From assembly GCA_036170915.1 (NCBI GenBank), contig JAVHQC010000019.1:1-64000 (forward strand): DNA of 64,000 nt, in the 5' to 3' direction. Under the pieces are notes generated by a model that was not told the origin of the DNA, ran no database searches, and saw only the letters and a program-made list of their open reading frames with translations. Every line of letters starts with the position of its first letter. The first letter of the stretch is position 1. A program made the position numbers and the translations under genes. Shown here in pieces: positions 20,381-29,885 of this stretch. The stretch is from Cyanobacteria bacterium auto_48_18 (GTDB lineage Bacteria; Cyanobacteriota; Vampirovibrionia; Obscuribacterales; Obscuribacteraceae).

Positions 20381-21190
20381 TCACACAGATTCAGCATCCG
20401 AATCTGTGTGCGTTGCAGTTTTACTGGAAGCCTTAAGCGGTAAAGCTTGCAGATCATGACCGATATTTAGCACTAAAGTATTGCCTGTCGATTCGCTCAT
20501 AGATTGAATCGCTCGCAATTGCAAAAGCATCGGATTGCTCTCGAGCATTTTGGCGGCGTTAGCCAGACTGCGCAGTGCGGCGGTTTCGCCACGAGCTTTT
20601 TCCAGGGCCACCTGCCCTTCTTTTTGCGCTTTGACCAATTGACCAAATACTTTTTTATAATCGCCGCTAAGCATAATGTCTTTGATATTTACATAAACCA
20701 GTTCAAGACCGAGCTCGGCGGCTTTAGGCTTACATAAAGTCAGCAGTTCAGGGCCAATATCATTGCGCTTGGCCAAAAGATCATCAATTTTCAGCCCTCC
20801 GACAATTTCGCGCAAATTCAATTGCAGCACCGTATATAGTGCTAAATTAAAATTGTCTACCAGGTTAATGGCCAGGTTGCTGTCTACTACTTTATAGTTG
20901 GCAGCCAGTGAAAGCTTGATGCCTACATTATCTTGGCTGAGCAACTCTTGCCCACCGATGGCCAGACTTTTGAGGCGAATATCCACTCGTGTAACTGTGT
21001 GCCAGAGCGGGCAGATCCAGTGCGAACCGGCAGTGAGAATTTTTTCGAGTTTGCCATCTTTATAAAGCAGAGCATTTTCAAATTCCCAAATAGTAATCTT
21101 CAGGGCCAATTTTGAAAAAGGTTTGAAAGCCAATAAGACGGCAAAGGATACTCCAAATAAAAATAGTAGAGCTTCTGGTAAGTGTTGCAT
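20381..21190 (-). CDS. SPFH (band 7/stomatin, slipin-type) membrane protein
   Basis: N-terminal TM, GQELLSQDNVGIK, LREIVG, IKDIML, ARGETAALRSLANAAKMLESNPMLLQLR. Confidence 0.88.
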   Translation of the reverse strand: MQHLPEALLFLFGVSFAVLLAFKPFSKLALKITIWEFENALLYKDGKLEKILTAGSHWICPLWHTVTRVDIRLKSLAIGGQELLSQDNVGIKLSLAANYKVVDSNLAINLVDNFNLALYTVLQLNLREIVGGLKIDDLLAKRNDIGPELLTLCKPKAAELGLELVYVNIKDIMLSGDYKKVFGQLVKAQKEGQVALEKARGETAALRSLANAAKMLESNPMLLQLRAIQSMSESTGNTLVLNIGHDLQALPLKASSKTATHTDSDAESV

Positions 21191-21209
21191 TTATCTCTCG
21201 AAGAATGCC

Positions 21210-21294
21210 TCAGCTTAAGGAACTCACGGTTTGAGCGGAGGTTTGAACCTGCAAAGCTCATCCCGTGTTGCCTTTCGGCAGTTCCTTAAGATGA
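21210..21294 (-). ncRNA. candidate structured RNA / 5' leader upstream of the SPFH gene
   Basis: Minus strand: closing stem CTTAAGGAAC/GTTCCTTAAG, TGCC-GAAA-GGCA GNRA hairpin, CACGG/CCGTG plus TGAGC/GCTCA arm capped by AGG-TTCAAA-CCT T-loop-like hairpin; folded by eye only. Confidence 0.55.
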
Positions 21295-21390
21295 AAGCGG
21301 TTGGGTGATTGACATTCACTGCTTCGAATTGCCAAAACGCAGAACGAAAAGTGTAATTACACATCGCTGCTTGCCTACTCGAAGCGATAA

Positions 21391-22497
21391 TTATCGCATA
21401 CCAGCCATGCTCTTTAAACGAGCCTCAACTTTAAGGGCTTCAGCCTCTTTGCCGGCCATGTGCAAAATCAAGCCCTGGGCCTTCAGCACAGTAATCAAAT
21501 TAGCTCTGGTGCCAAATTTTTCTACCAGCACTGCTGACTTCTTAGAATAAATTTCAGCCTGAGGCAAATTGCGCATCATCATGGCCATGGAGGCCAGATT
21601 TGAATAAAGCAAACCAAGATTTGCAGCCACAACCTGATTATTGGGATCTATCTTGTAGGCCTCTTCCAACTTGGTGCGGGCCAATTCGATTTTGCCGCCA
21701 TTCATAGCCTCCGCCGCTTCATTATTAAGGCGCAAACAGCGGGCGCTATCGCCGCCAGCAAGATTAGCTGCAGCAGCAAGATTAGCCGCTGCAGGAAGAT
21801 TACCTGTAGACGGAAGAGCGCTACCTGCATTCGCGGCGGCAGGCAACCCTTCTGGGTGAGCGACGCTGCCAGCCGCAATCTCATTTGAACCAACAGGTTT
21901 ATACAGCGCAAGCAAAGCAGCAGTATCACCGGCAGTAAGGGCACAAGCTTTATCTTCAGGATAAATGGTGCCGAACATAATGTCTTGTGCGCTGCTGCTA
22001 TGTGTGGCAATGCCCAGAGCATGGCCAATCTCATGCAAAGCTACTCTTCTGGCATAATTTTTCGTCAGGGTTGGCATTGCTTTTGGTGGCACAGTCAATA
22101 GCAAAATTCGAGCCGAATTTATGCCCTGACTATCAGGCACCAAAGTCGTCTCTCCATCTTCTGCTTGTGAAATTAATTTGTTGCGGTCAGCAGTCCACTG
22201 ACAGGTAATGCCCTGACCACCATCGGTTTTGTCGACGAAAACAAATTGAATTTTACCGCCGGCGGCAATCATCCAGTCGTCGAATGCTTGCTTGAGTATT
22301 GCTTCTAACTCGGGTTTATAACCAGGCACATCTTTGCCTGGCAAAATGCAGACAGGTATTGGTTGACGAGCGGGCGGCCAATTTAGATTGGCACCATACG
22401 CACGATTAGCAACAGCGTTGACAGAGAAAGCTGTGAGCAGGCTCACGCCTATCAAGCTTGCTGCTTTGAAGACGCTGAAATTAGTTAGACCAGCCAT
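21391..22497 (-). CDS. exported matrixin-like zinc metalloprotease with C-terminal TPR
   Basis: Signal peptide, HEIGHALGIATHS zinc motif, DIMF Met-turn, Ala-rich linker, TPR-like helices. Confidence 0.85.
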   Translation of the reverse strand: MAGLTNFSVFKAASLIGVSLLTAFSVNAVANRAYGANLNWPPARQPIPVCILPGKDVPGYKPELEAILKQAFDDWMIAAGGKIQFVFVDKTDGGQGITCQWTADRNKLISQAEDGETTLVPDSQGINSARILLLTVPPKAMPTLTKNYARRVALHEIGHALGIATHSSSAQDIMFGTIYPEDKACALTAGDTAALLALYKPVGSNEIAAGSVAHPEGLPAAANAGSALPSTGNLPAAANLAAAANLAGGDSARCLRLNNEAAEAMNGGKIELARTKLEEAYKIDPNNQVVAANLGLLYSNLASMAMMMRNLPQAEIYSKKSAVLVEKFGTRANLITVLKAQGLILHMAGKEAEALKVEARLKSMAGMR

Positions 22498-22514
22498 GTT
22501 CTAAACCTTCTTAC

Positions 22515-22961
22515 TTAAACCAATAGCGGCGCAGTTAACTCGACTTGTCTTGCCAGCTCAAATGGAAACGGAATAGGCTTGCGTGATTTTTCATCAATTA
22601 AAACTATGGTCGATTCGCAAACTGCACAACAAACACCATCGGTGTAGAGCACCTGAGCCAACTTCAGTGAACTGCGGCCAATATTGACCAGACCCGTGCC
22701 CACCTGCACGTCACCTGGGTAGTGCATCTCAGCTTTAAAATCGACGTTAATATTGGCTAGCACCATAGTCTTACCCGGCCCGGCCAGAGAGCCTTCGCGA
22801 TCAAAAAGCAAAGCAGCGCGGCCTGATTCGAACAAAGTGATAAAGACAGCGTTATTCACGTGGCCAAGTTTATCGGTATCACCATAACGCAAAGTGACAG
22901 TGGTCCAGTGCTTATAGCACTTACGATCAAGTAAAACTTCTTTTGGTACCGCTTGCTTCAT
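22515..22961 (-). CDS. acyl-CoA thioesterase (4HBT/YbgC-like hotdog fold)
   Basis: RYGDTDKLGHVNNAVF, IGRSS. Confidence 0.9.
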   Translation of the reverse strand: MKQAVPKEVLLDRKCYKHWTTVTLRYGDTDKLGHVNNAVFITLFESGRAALLFDREGSLAGPGKTMVLANINVDFKAEMHYPGDVQVGTGLVNIGRSSLKLAQVLYTDGVCCAVCESTIVLIDEKSRKPIPFPFELARQVELTAPLLV

Positions 22962-24883
22962 TTAGCAACTTCCTTACTGATTTTCAACATCACTATCGAC
23001 AGTGGTGGCAATACCACAGAAATTGACTGGGGTCGCCCGTGGTGCCAGTGGTCGTCACTCTGCACTCCACCATGATTACCAATGCCACTGCCGCCATAGA
23101 CTTCAGCGTCTGAATTGAGCATCTCTTTCCAGTAACCGGCTTGCGGCACACCAATGCGATAACTCCACCTTGGCACTGGCGTGAAATTACAAATTACGAG
23201 AATGAAATCGTCTAAAAATTTGCCTTTGCGCAAATAACACAAAATTGATTGCTCATTGTCCTGGCAGTCAATCCATTCAAATCCAGCCGGATTACAATCA
23301 AATTGGTGCAGAGCAGGTTCGCTGCGATAAAGGTGATTTAGATCGCTAACCAGCTGTTTGACTCCAGCATGTTGCGGAAATTCGAGCAGATGCCAGTCGA
23401 GACTACGCTCTTCATTCCATTCAATCCACTGGCCGATCTCGCCGCCCATGAAGAGCAGTTTTTTACCAGGAGACGAATACTGATAACCAAATAGAAGCCT
23501 GAGATTGGCAAATTTCTGCCAGACATCACCGGGCATTTTTGAAAGCAAAGAATACTTTCCGTGCACTACTTCATCGTGTGAAAGAGGCATGATGAAATTT
23601 TCAGAGAAGCTGTACATGCTTCTAAAAGTGAGCTTATCGTGATGAAACTTTCTGTGAATAGAATCAAGACTCATGAATTGCAGTGTGTCATTCATCCAGC
23701 CCATATCCCACTTAAGGCCAAATCCGAGCCCACCCACATAAGTAGGACGCGTTACTTGAGGCCAGGCGGTAGATTCTTCCGCCACCATGATTACTGATGG
23801 ATACTCGGCATAGACTTTTTCATTCAATTGCCGCAAGAAATTGATGGCATCGATATTCTCACGACCGCCATATTGATTGGCAATCCACTCTCCGTTTTCG
23901 CGCGCATAATCGAGGTACAACATTGATGCCACAGCATCGACGCGCAGGCCGTCGATATGATATTTGTCAAACAAGAACATGGCGTTGCTGAGCAAGAAAT
24001 TAGCCACTTCGTAGCGGCCATAATTGAAAACGTATGTGCCCCACTCGCGGTGCTCACCTAAACGCGGATCTGCGTGCTCATAAAGGTGAGTGCCATCAAA
24101 AAGACCTAGAGCGTGACCGTCACGCGGGAAGTGAGCAGGCACCCAATCGACAATCACACCGATTCCGGCCTGGTGCAGTTGGTCAACGAGATACATAAAA
24201 TCTTCAGGCGGGCCAAAGCGGCTGGTGATGGCAAAATAACCAGTTGTTTGATAGCCCCACGAAGCGTCAAGCGGATGCTCTGAAACAGGCATCAGCTCTA
24301 CGTGAGTGAAGTTCATTTCGAGAACATAAGGAATTAACTTCTCTGCCATCTCGCGATAAGTGAGCCAGCGATTTTCTTCTTCAGGCACACGCATCCATGA
24401 ACCAAGATGCAATTCGTAGATAGAAACCGGTTTCTCTAAGGCGTTATTTTTGTCACGGCTGGCCAACCACTTGGCGTCATTCCATTGATAACGGTCGAGG
24501 TCCCAGACAATAGACGCTGTACGCGGACGCATCTCGCTGGCAAAACCGACAGGGTCGGTTTTTTGCACTTGACCATTGGCGCCGTCAATAAAATACTTGT
24601 AAAGAGTGCCTTGACCCAGCACCGGAATAAAGGCAGTCCAGATGCCTGACGAATGATTCAGTTCCATTACATTTTTGTCAGGGTTCCATTCGTTGAAATC
24701 ACCGACCACAGATACTTTTTTAGCGTTTGGAGCCCAGACGGCAAAATGTGTGCCCTTGACGCCGTTGCGCTCCAACTGATGAGCCCCTAACTTCTCATAG
24801 ATGCGATAGTGAGTGCCCTCTGAAAACAGGTGCACGTCCACATCTGAAATAAAAGCAGCACTTTCTGTGGGCTTCGTGGTCAT
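22958..24883 (-). CDS. glgB: 1,4-alpha-glucan branching enzyme
   Basis: FAVWAPNA, YELHLGSW, SWGYQ, DWVPAHF, GLRVDAVASM, AEESTAW, LSHDEVVHGK. Confidence 0.97.
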   Translation of the reverse strand: MTTKPTESAAFISDVDVHLFSEGTHYRIYEKLGAHQLERNGVKGTHFAVWAPNAKKVSVVGDFNEWNPDKNVMELNHSSGIWTAFIPVLGQGTLYKYFIDGANGQVQKTDPVGFASEMRPRTASIVWDLDRYQWNDAKWLASRDKNNALEKPVSIYELHLGSWMRVPEEENRWLTYREMAEKLIPYVLEMNFTHVELMPVSEHPLDASWGYQTTGYFAITSRFGPPEDFMYLVDQLHQAGIGVIVDWVPAHFPRDGHALGLFDGTHLYEHADPRLGEHREWGTYVFNYGRYEVANFLLSNAMFLFDKYHIDGLRVDAVASMLYLDYARENGEWIANQYGGRENIDAINFLRQLNEKVYAEYPSVIMVAEESTAWPQVTRPTYVGGLGFGLKWDMGWMNDTLQFMSLDSIHRKFHHDKLTFRSMYSFSENFIMPLSHDEVVHGKYSLLSKMPGDVWQKFANLRLLFGYQYSSPGKKLLFMGGEIGQWIEWNEERSLDWHLLEFPQHAGVKQLVSDLNHLYRSEPALHQFDCNPAGFEWIDCQDNEQSILCYLRKGKFLDDFILVICNFTPVPRWSYRIGVPQAGYWKEMLNSDAEVYGGSGIGNHGGVQSDDHWHHGRPQSISVVLPPLSIVMLKISKEVAK

Positions 24884-24986
24884 GATAAATCGAATCCTTT
24901 TACCTATAGAACTTGATTATGCCATGATCTCAAGCCAATCAATAAAGATTGAAGAAAAGCCTGCAATCACACGCTACAATCAGCAT

Positions 24987-25511
24987 ATGATCATTATTGT
25001 CATGGGCGTATCCGGCGTAGGCAAATCTACAGTCGGCCGCAAGCTGGCCGAATCACTTAATTTCACATTTGCTGACGCCGACGACTATCACAGCCTTGCC
25101 AGTCAAAAGAAAATGTCTCAAGGCGAAGCTCTTACTGATTTAGATCGAGAGCCATGGCTGGCTTCGCTCGCTGCTGATATAGCTCGCTGGAAAGAAAACA
25201 ACAATAGTTGCGTGCTGGCCTGTTCAGCTTTAAAAAAAGCCTATCGCCAGCGTCTTTATGAAGCAGATAGCCAGCTGGTGCTGGTTTATTTAAAGGGAAA
25301 CTTTGAGAATATTCGCACGCGGCTTGAAGCCAGGCAAAATCATTTTATGAAAGCCGGACTTTTGGAAAGTCAGTTTGCCACACTGGAAGCACCAGATAAA
25401 AATGAAGCCGCAAACATAATTGAAATTGATGCAGAATTGCCGCTCGAAAACATACTTGATCTAATTCTCAGAGCTCTGGCTTCTTTGCCGTCACCGCCAG
25501 CAGTGCTGTAA
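24987..25511 (+). CDS. gntK: gluconokinase (GntK/IdnK type)
   Basis: MGVSGVGKST, DADDYH, LACSALKKAYR, HFM, LLESQFATLE; start at ATG 24987. Confidence 0.92.
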   Translation: MIIIVMGVSGVGKSTVGRKLAESLNFTFADADDYHSLASQKKMSQGEALTDLDREPWLASLAADIARWKENNNSCVLACSALKKAYRQRLYEADSQLVLVYLKGNFENIRTRLEARQNHFMKAGLLESQFATLEAPDKNEAANIIEIDAELPLENILDLILRALASLPSPPAVL

Positions 25512-26763
25512 GAATGGCTGTGCTGGCAAGAAGCAGAAGAGACGATCCAAATTCACCGCAGCCGAACGCACTGGTAACTTGTTTAACTTGACCGATTAAC
25601 ATTGGCCCCACAAAGCCACCCAGATTGCCTACTGAATTGATAAAAGCAATTCCTGTCGGTTGCGCCTCACTTTTGAGCGAGCTGCGAGTCAAAGCCCAGA
25701 ACGGGCCCACGGTGCCCCAAATGCCAAATGCTGCCAGACTCAAACCAGCAAGTTTGAACCAACCGGGAAGAAATGCCGCAGCCAGACATCCGGCACAGGT
25801 AATTGCCGACGATATCGCCACGTGGTAGCGGCGCTCACCAGTGCGATCTGAACTTGCCGCAATCATGAGCATACCGAGAGCCTGCATCAAAGCAGGAATA
25901 GCCGAAAGCAGTGCCACAGCCGAATTGTTGGTAAAACCGCAAGATTTGATAATTTGCGGCAGCCACAATTGAAAACCATACATGCAAACAGTAGTAGAAA
26001 AATACAAGAAGGCAAAGCGCCAGACCAGTGTATTCTTCAAAGTTGCCAGCACCGATGTTTGGCCACCAACCTCACTGGCAGTGGAGCGACTGAGCAAATT
26101 TTCAAGCATCACCTTTTGCTGGTCACTGAGCCACCGCGCCTGGTGCGGCCGGTCAGGCAAAAATAACAGCACAACAACACCAAGGGCGATAGCAGGAAAA
26201 CCGGTGACGACAAAGAGCCACTGCCAGCCCTGCAAACCGAAGGCGCCGCTCATTTCAAAAGCCTTTGCCGCCACTACACTACCAAGCAAACCAGCCAGTG
26301 GAATCGCCGACATAAAACGAGCAACAGCGGTGCCGTACTGTTTAGGCGGAAACCAGAAGGTCAAATAGAGCAACATGCCCGGAAAAAACCCAGCCTCGGC
26401 GGCACCCAGAGTAAATCGCAAAAAATAAAAAGTGTTGGCGTCACGCACCAGACACATGGCCACTGTGACAATTCCCCAGGCAACCATAATGGCGCTTATC
26501 CAGCGGCGCGGCCCCAGGCGCTTAATTACAACATTGCTGGGAATACCAAAAGCGCAATAGCCAAGAAAAAATATGCCAGCGCCCAAACTGAATACTTGAT
26601 CGCTAAACTTGAGCTGTTCATTCATCTGCAAAGCAGCAAATGAAAGATTGATGCGATCTAAATAAGAAACAATGTAGAGCACGAGCAAAAATGGAATCAG
26701 CCGCCATGACACATGAGCAATCAGCTGGTCTTCAGCGGCAGAATTATTTTCGGAAGTTTGCAT
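25468..26763 (-). CDS. MFS transporter, anion:cation symporter-like (TtuB/HpaX-like)
   Basis: RLIPFL, YLDRINLSFA, GAAEAGFFPG, GWQWLF, SSDRTGERR, INSVGNLGGFVGP; multiple TM segments. Confidence 0.9.
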   Translation of the reverse strand: MQTSENNSAAEDQLIAHVSWRLIPFLLVLYIVSYLDRINLSFAALQMNEQLKFSDQVFSLGAGIFFLGYCAFGIPSNVVIKRLGPRRWISAIMVAWGIVTVAMCLVRDANTFYFLRFTLGAAEAGFFPGMLLYLTFWFPPKQYGTAVARFMSAIPLAGLLGSVVAAKAFEMSGAFGLQGWQWLFVVTGFPAIALGVVVLLFLPDRPHQARWLSDQQKVMLENLLSRSTASEVGGQTSVLATLKNTLVWRFAFLYFSTTVCMYGFQLWLPQIIKSCGFTNNSAVALLSAIPALMQALGMLMIAASSDRTGERRYHVAISSAITCAGCLAAAFLPGWFKLAGLSLAAFGIWGTVGPFWALTRSSLKSEAQPTGIAFINSVGNLGGFVGPMLIGQVKQVTSAFGCGEFGSSLLLLASTAILTALLAVTAKKPEL

Positions 26764-26851
26764 GAAAGTAAGGCTACTAAGAAGCGACCGCCTTGTAAAC
26801 ATGGCCAATGGCAAGTGCTAAAATTAAGCAGCAACTAAAATATAGGCAGTT

Positions 26852-27802
26852 ATGAAACTCAGGGCTTTCTTGCATTCTTTATGTTCGGCATTATGCGTGG
26901 CTGTCAGTGTCTTGCCGGCTGTATTGGCATTTGACAATGTCAATCTGGGTGACACCATGAGCCATGCCGAACAACTGGTTGATTTTCGCTTTCGCCACCT
27001 GGCCACGCCTCAACAGTCCTCACTAAGTGCCCTTATGTCATTCCACCTCAACTGGGACGGTACCTACAGCCATTGGGAAGTACGTCGCACCTCAGGTGAT
27101 TCTCGCTTTGACGCCGCTTGCCGCACAGCTGTAGACAGCGTCGGTTTTGCGCGCTTCGAAGGCAAGCCTTATCTTTTTATCAACGCTACTTTCCGCGGTG
27201 ACGGCAAAGGCGGAACAGTTTCGTTTTCGTCTCCAGATGTGCGAGGCGCATCATCAAAGGTTGACCGAGTAATTGCGCAGACAAAAGCCATTCATATAAA
27301 CAGTATCAAAATCGTCAAAGACCGCATCGCCAAAGCCGAAAAAATAGTCGGTCCAAACGACGGCAGACTCTCAGAAAATATCAATTTTCTCGCCAATGAA
27401 TACAAAGAAGTTGGTGATTACGCCAACGCTGAAGCAACTTTCAAAAGAGCGCTAGCTATCCGCGAAAAAGCCAATGGTGCTCAATCACCAGAAGTGGCTC
27501 AGTCACTGACGATGCTGGGTGAGATGTATCTGGCTAAAGGCGACAAAGTCGCAGCAGAAAAAACTTTTAAAAGTGTGCTTGATATGAGCGATTTAAAATC
27601 GCAAGCCAAAGTCAAAACCTTACAGGCTTATGCAAAAATGCAAATGAAAGAAGGCAAGCAAGCTGAAGCCGATGCAATGTTCAAACAGATAAGCGACATT
27701 ATGCAAAATAAAACCCCCGAGAAAACACTAGACAAAACACTAGAGAAAACCCCAGACAAAACAGCCGATAAAACTCCAGGAGCAGAAGGTGCCCAAAAGT
27801 AG
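26852..27802 (+). CDS. exported protein with a TonB C-terminal-like domain and TPRs
   Basis: Signal peptide; RTSGDSRFDAACRTAV TonB_C-like; YANAEATFKRALAIREK TPR; 4-aa KTxx repeats at the C-terminus. Confidence 0.7.
   Translation: MKLRAFLHSLCSALCVAVSVLPAVLAFDNVNLGDTMSHAEQLVDFRFRHLATPQQSSLSALMSFHLNWDGTYSHWEVRRTSGDSRFDAACRTAVDSVGFARFEGKPYLFINATFRGDGKGGTVSFSSPDVRGASSKVDRVIAQTKAIHINSIKIVKDRIAKAEKIVGPNDGRLSENINFLANEYKEVGDYANAEATFKRALAIREKANGAQSPEVAQSLTMLGEMYLAKGDKVAAEKTFKSVLDMSDLKSQAKVKTLQAYAKMQMKEGKQAEADAMFKQISDIMQNKTPEKTLDKTLEKTPDKTADKTPGAEGAQK
27710..27778 (+). repeat. degenerate 12-bp coding tandem repeat (KTPE KTLD KTLE KTPD KTAD KTP)
   Basis: About 6 units such as AAAACACTAGAC/AAAACACTAGAG/AAAACCCCAGAC. 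Confidence 0.75.
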
Positions 27803-28328
27803 TACAGAAACTAGCGCTAAACCTAAGACTAGTGCTAAACCTAAAACTAGTTCTAAAACAGATACTCAATACTGGTTATTGAAATCTGAAGCAAGTTGCT
27901 TTTCCATTGACGACCTGGCCAAGGCACCCAAACAGACAACCTGCTGGGATGGCGTGCGCAACTATCAGGCGCGCAACTACATGCGTGACTCAATGAAGCT
28001 GGGTGATCTTGTCTTCTTTTATCACAGCAATTCTGAACCTTCCGCAATTGCCGGTATTGCTGAAATTGTCAAAGAAAGCTATCCGGACCATACTGCTTTT
28101 GACCCACAAGACATGCACTATGACGCTAAAAGCGACGTCAAAAAACCCACCTGGATGATGGTGGATATAAAACACGTTGAGACTTTTAAAAAGCCACTAC
28201 CACTCGAGCTTTTGCGCGAAATTCCAGGACTCTCTGAAATGGTGCTGTTGCAAAAAGGGAGCCGACTTTCAGTACAGCCAGTCTCTCAAAAAGAATGGAA
28301 TTTGATTGTCAAACTGGCAGGCAAATAA
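27789..28328 (+). CDS. EVE domain protein
   Basis: YWLLKSE, WDGVRNYQARN, FFYHSN, SRLSVQPV; N-terminal TSAKPK 18-bp repeats. Confidence 0.92.
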   Translation: MPKSSTETSAKPKTSAKPKTSSKTDTQYWLLKSEASCFSIDDLAKAPKQTTCWDGVRNYQARNYMRDSMKLGDLVFFYHSNSEPSAIAGIAEIVKESYPDHTAFDPQDMHYDAKSDVKKPTWMMVDIKHVETFKKPLPLELLREIPGLSEMVLLQKGSRLSVQPVSQKEWNLIVKLAGK

Positions 28329-28331
28329 AGC

Positions 28332-28994
28332 CTAAGGCAACATCAAATATTCTTCGGCTGGTATAGATGCCTTTGCACCTTGCTCTGACTCGGGCTTCTT
28401 CATATAGTCGAAATACCAGTTTGGAATGTGCAGTCTGTTGCTCGATAGCGAAACAAAAAGTGGTGCGATTTCTACCCGTTTGAAAAGCCGCTTCAGTCGA
28501 TAAAATTCACGTTTTAACGAATCGACTTCGTCTTCGATGTGATAGCGACCGGCATGCATGGCGACAAACTCTTCTGCGCGCTCAGCGTCCCAACCTTGAT
28601 CAACCAGGGCGGCGATCATGGCTGGTTTGTGTTGCGAGACTTGAGTCATACCGCAGTCGTTATGAGCAATCAAGACAAGGTGCTTGACACCGCGTGAAAG
28701 GGCATACACTAGTGAAAATTCTGAGCCAATTAAACGACCGCTGGCCCGGCGAATTACATAGGCATAATGACTGGGAACCGCCGGGCGATAGCGAAACTCG
28801 ATGCATGTAGAAATGAGCATACGTGGTTCGCCGGAAGGTTTGATTTCGATGCCGAAATTGTGCGATCCAATCAAATCTGCAATTGGCGTATCGACCCAGT
28901 GGGCGGGAATATCTTCAGGAGTATCAATGCTTGTTAGACGAGTGTTGAACTTAACGCTCTGAGTCACGCCCAGAGGGTCATCTTTTCTTGCCAT
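28332..28994 (-). CDS. beta-class carbonic anhydrase-like protein
   Basis: CIEFR (CxDxR-like) and HNDCGM (HxxC) zinc-ligand pattern. Confidence 0.7.
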   Translation of the reverse strand: MARKDDPLGVTQSVKFNTRLTSIDTPEDIPAHWVDTPIADLIGSHNFGIEIKPSGEPRMLISTCIEFRYRPAVPSHYAYVIRRASGRLIGSEFSLVYALSRGVKHLVLIAHNDCGMTQVSQHKPAMIAALVDQGWDAERAEEFVAMHAGRYHIEDEVDSLKREFYRLKRLFKRVEIAPLFVSLSSNRLHIPNWYFDYMKKPESEQGAKASIPAEEYLMLP

Positions 28995-29043
28995 GCTGTT
29001 TCGCCTTTCTTAACTGTAATTTCTAATGGCTCAGGCCAAAATT

Positions 29044-29805
29044 TTAGTGCACCAGTTCGCGCTCTTTCACAAATGATTCGCGATCTTGAAATTCTTTTGT
29101 CTGCTTGGTGGCCACCACTGCCGGCATTACAGCATCAAGCTCAACTTCACTTTTGGTATCAGCAAACAACCAGCCGAATACAAAAGCGGCTGTGAAGCCT
29201 CCCAAAATCTGTGTAGCAATAAATGCAGGCACGTGGGCTGGCATTATGCCAGTCAAAGTATCGGTAAACATGCGGGCAATAGTGACCGCCGGATTGGCAA
29301 AGCAAGTTGACGAAGTAAAATAAATGGCGCCGGCGACATAAGCAGCCACCGCATATGGTATCGCCCGGGCATTGCCGCGAGAGCAACCAATAATCACACC
29401 GATTAAACCAAAAGTAGCAACAGCTTCACCCAGCCATTGACCGGCGCCTGTGCGTGCGGTGGTAGAGATCACCAGGGCAGGCAAATCAAACATCAAATTG
29501 GCCACCATCACTCCGAGAATGGCCCCGCATATCTGCGCCACAATATATGGAAGCACATATTTCCACGAAAATTCTTTGCGTAGTGCCAACACCACTGTCA
29601 CGATAGGATTAAAATGAGCCGAAACTGAAGAAAAAGCCGAAATTAGAGCGGCCAGTACGCCGCCTGTGGCAAAAGCAATACAAAGCACTGTTAGAGCCAG
29701 ATTGCCGAGGTCTAAGTGGTGAGCGAGAATGCCTGAACCGACAACGGTTGCCAGGAGGAAGGCCGTGCCTAAAATTTCGGCCACAAGGGCTCTTGCTAAT
29801 TTCAT
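29044..29805 (-). CDS. MIP family channel, AqpS-like aquaglyceroporin
   Basis: AEILGT, VVGSGI, SAHFNPIVT, FTSSTCFANPAVT, FTDT. Confidence 0.88.
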   Translation of the reverse strand: MKLARALVAEILGTAFLLATVVGSGILAHHLDLGNLALTVLCIAFATGGVLAALISAFSSVSAHFNPIVTVVLALRKEFSWKYVLPYIVAQICGAILGVMVANLMFDLPALVISTTARTGAGQWLGEAVATFGLIGVIIGCSRGNARAIPYAVAAYVAGAIYFTSSTCFANPAVTIARMFTDTLTGIMPAHVPAFIATQILGGFTAAFVFGWLFADTKSEVELDAVMPAVVATKQTKEFQDRESFVKERELVH

Positions 29806-29885
29806 ATAGTCCTCAAATCGACTAACAAAGTTTAACCTATAGCTAGAATGAAGTCATTAACCATAAGGCAACCAAAGTAGAAACT

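Noticed and set aside
21241..21252. GCAGGTTCAAAC T-arm-like sequence as part of a tRNA gene
   Set aside because: No acceptor stem, D-arm, anticodon arm or CCA; kept only as part of the structured-RNA candidate.
27710..27860. Short tandem repeats here and at 21755-21795, 50910-50985 and 61001-61113 as possible CRISPR arrays
   Set aside because: All are in-frame coding repeats with synonymous variation and no unique spacers; no cas genes.
27789..28328. EVE protein as part of a modification-dependent defence system
   Set aside because: Stand-alone EVE with no fused or adjacent nuclease or ATPase.
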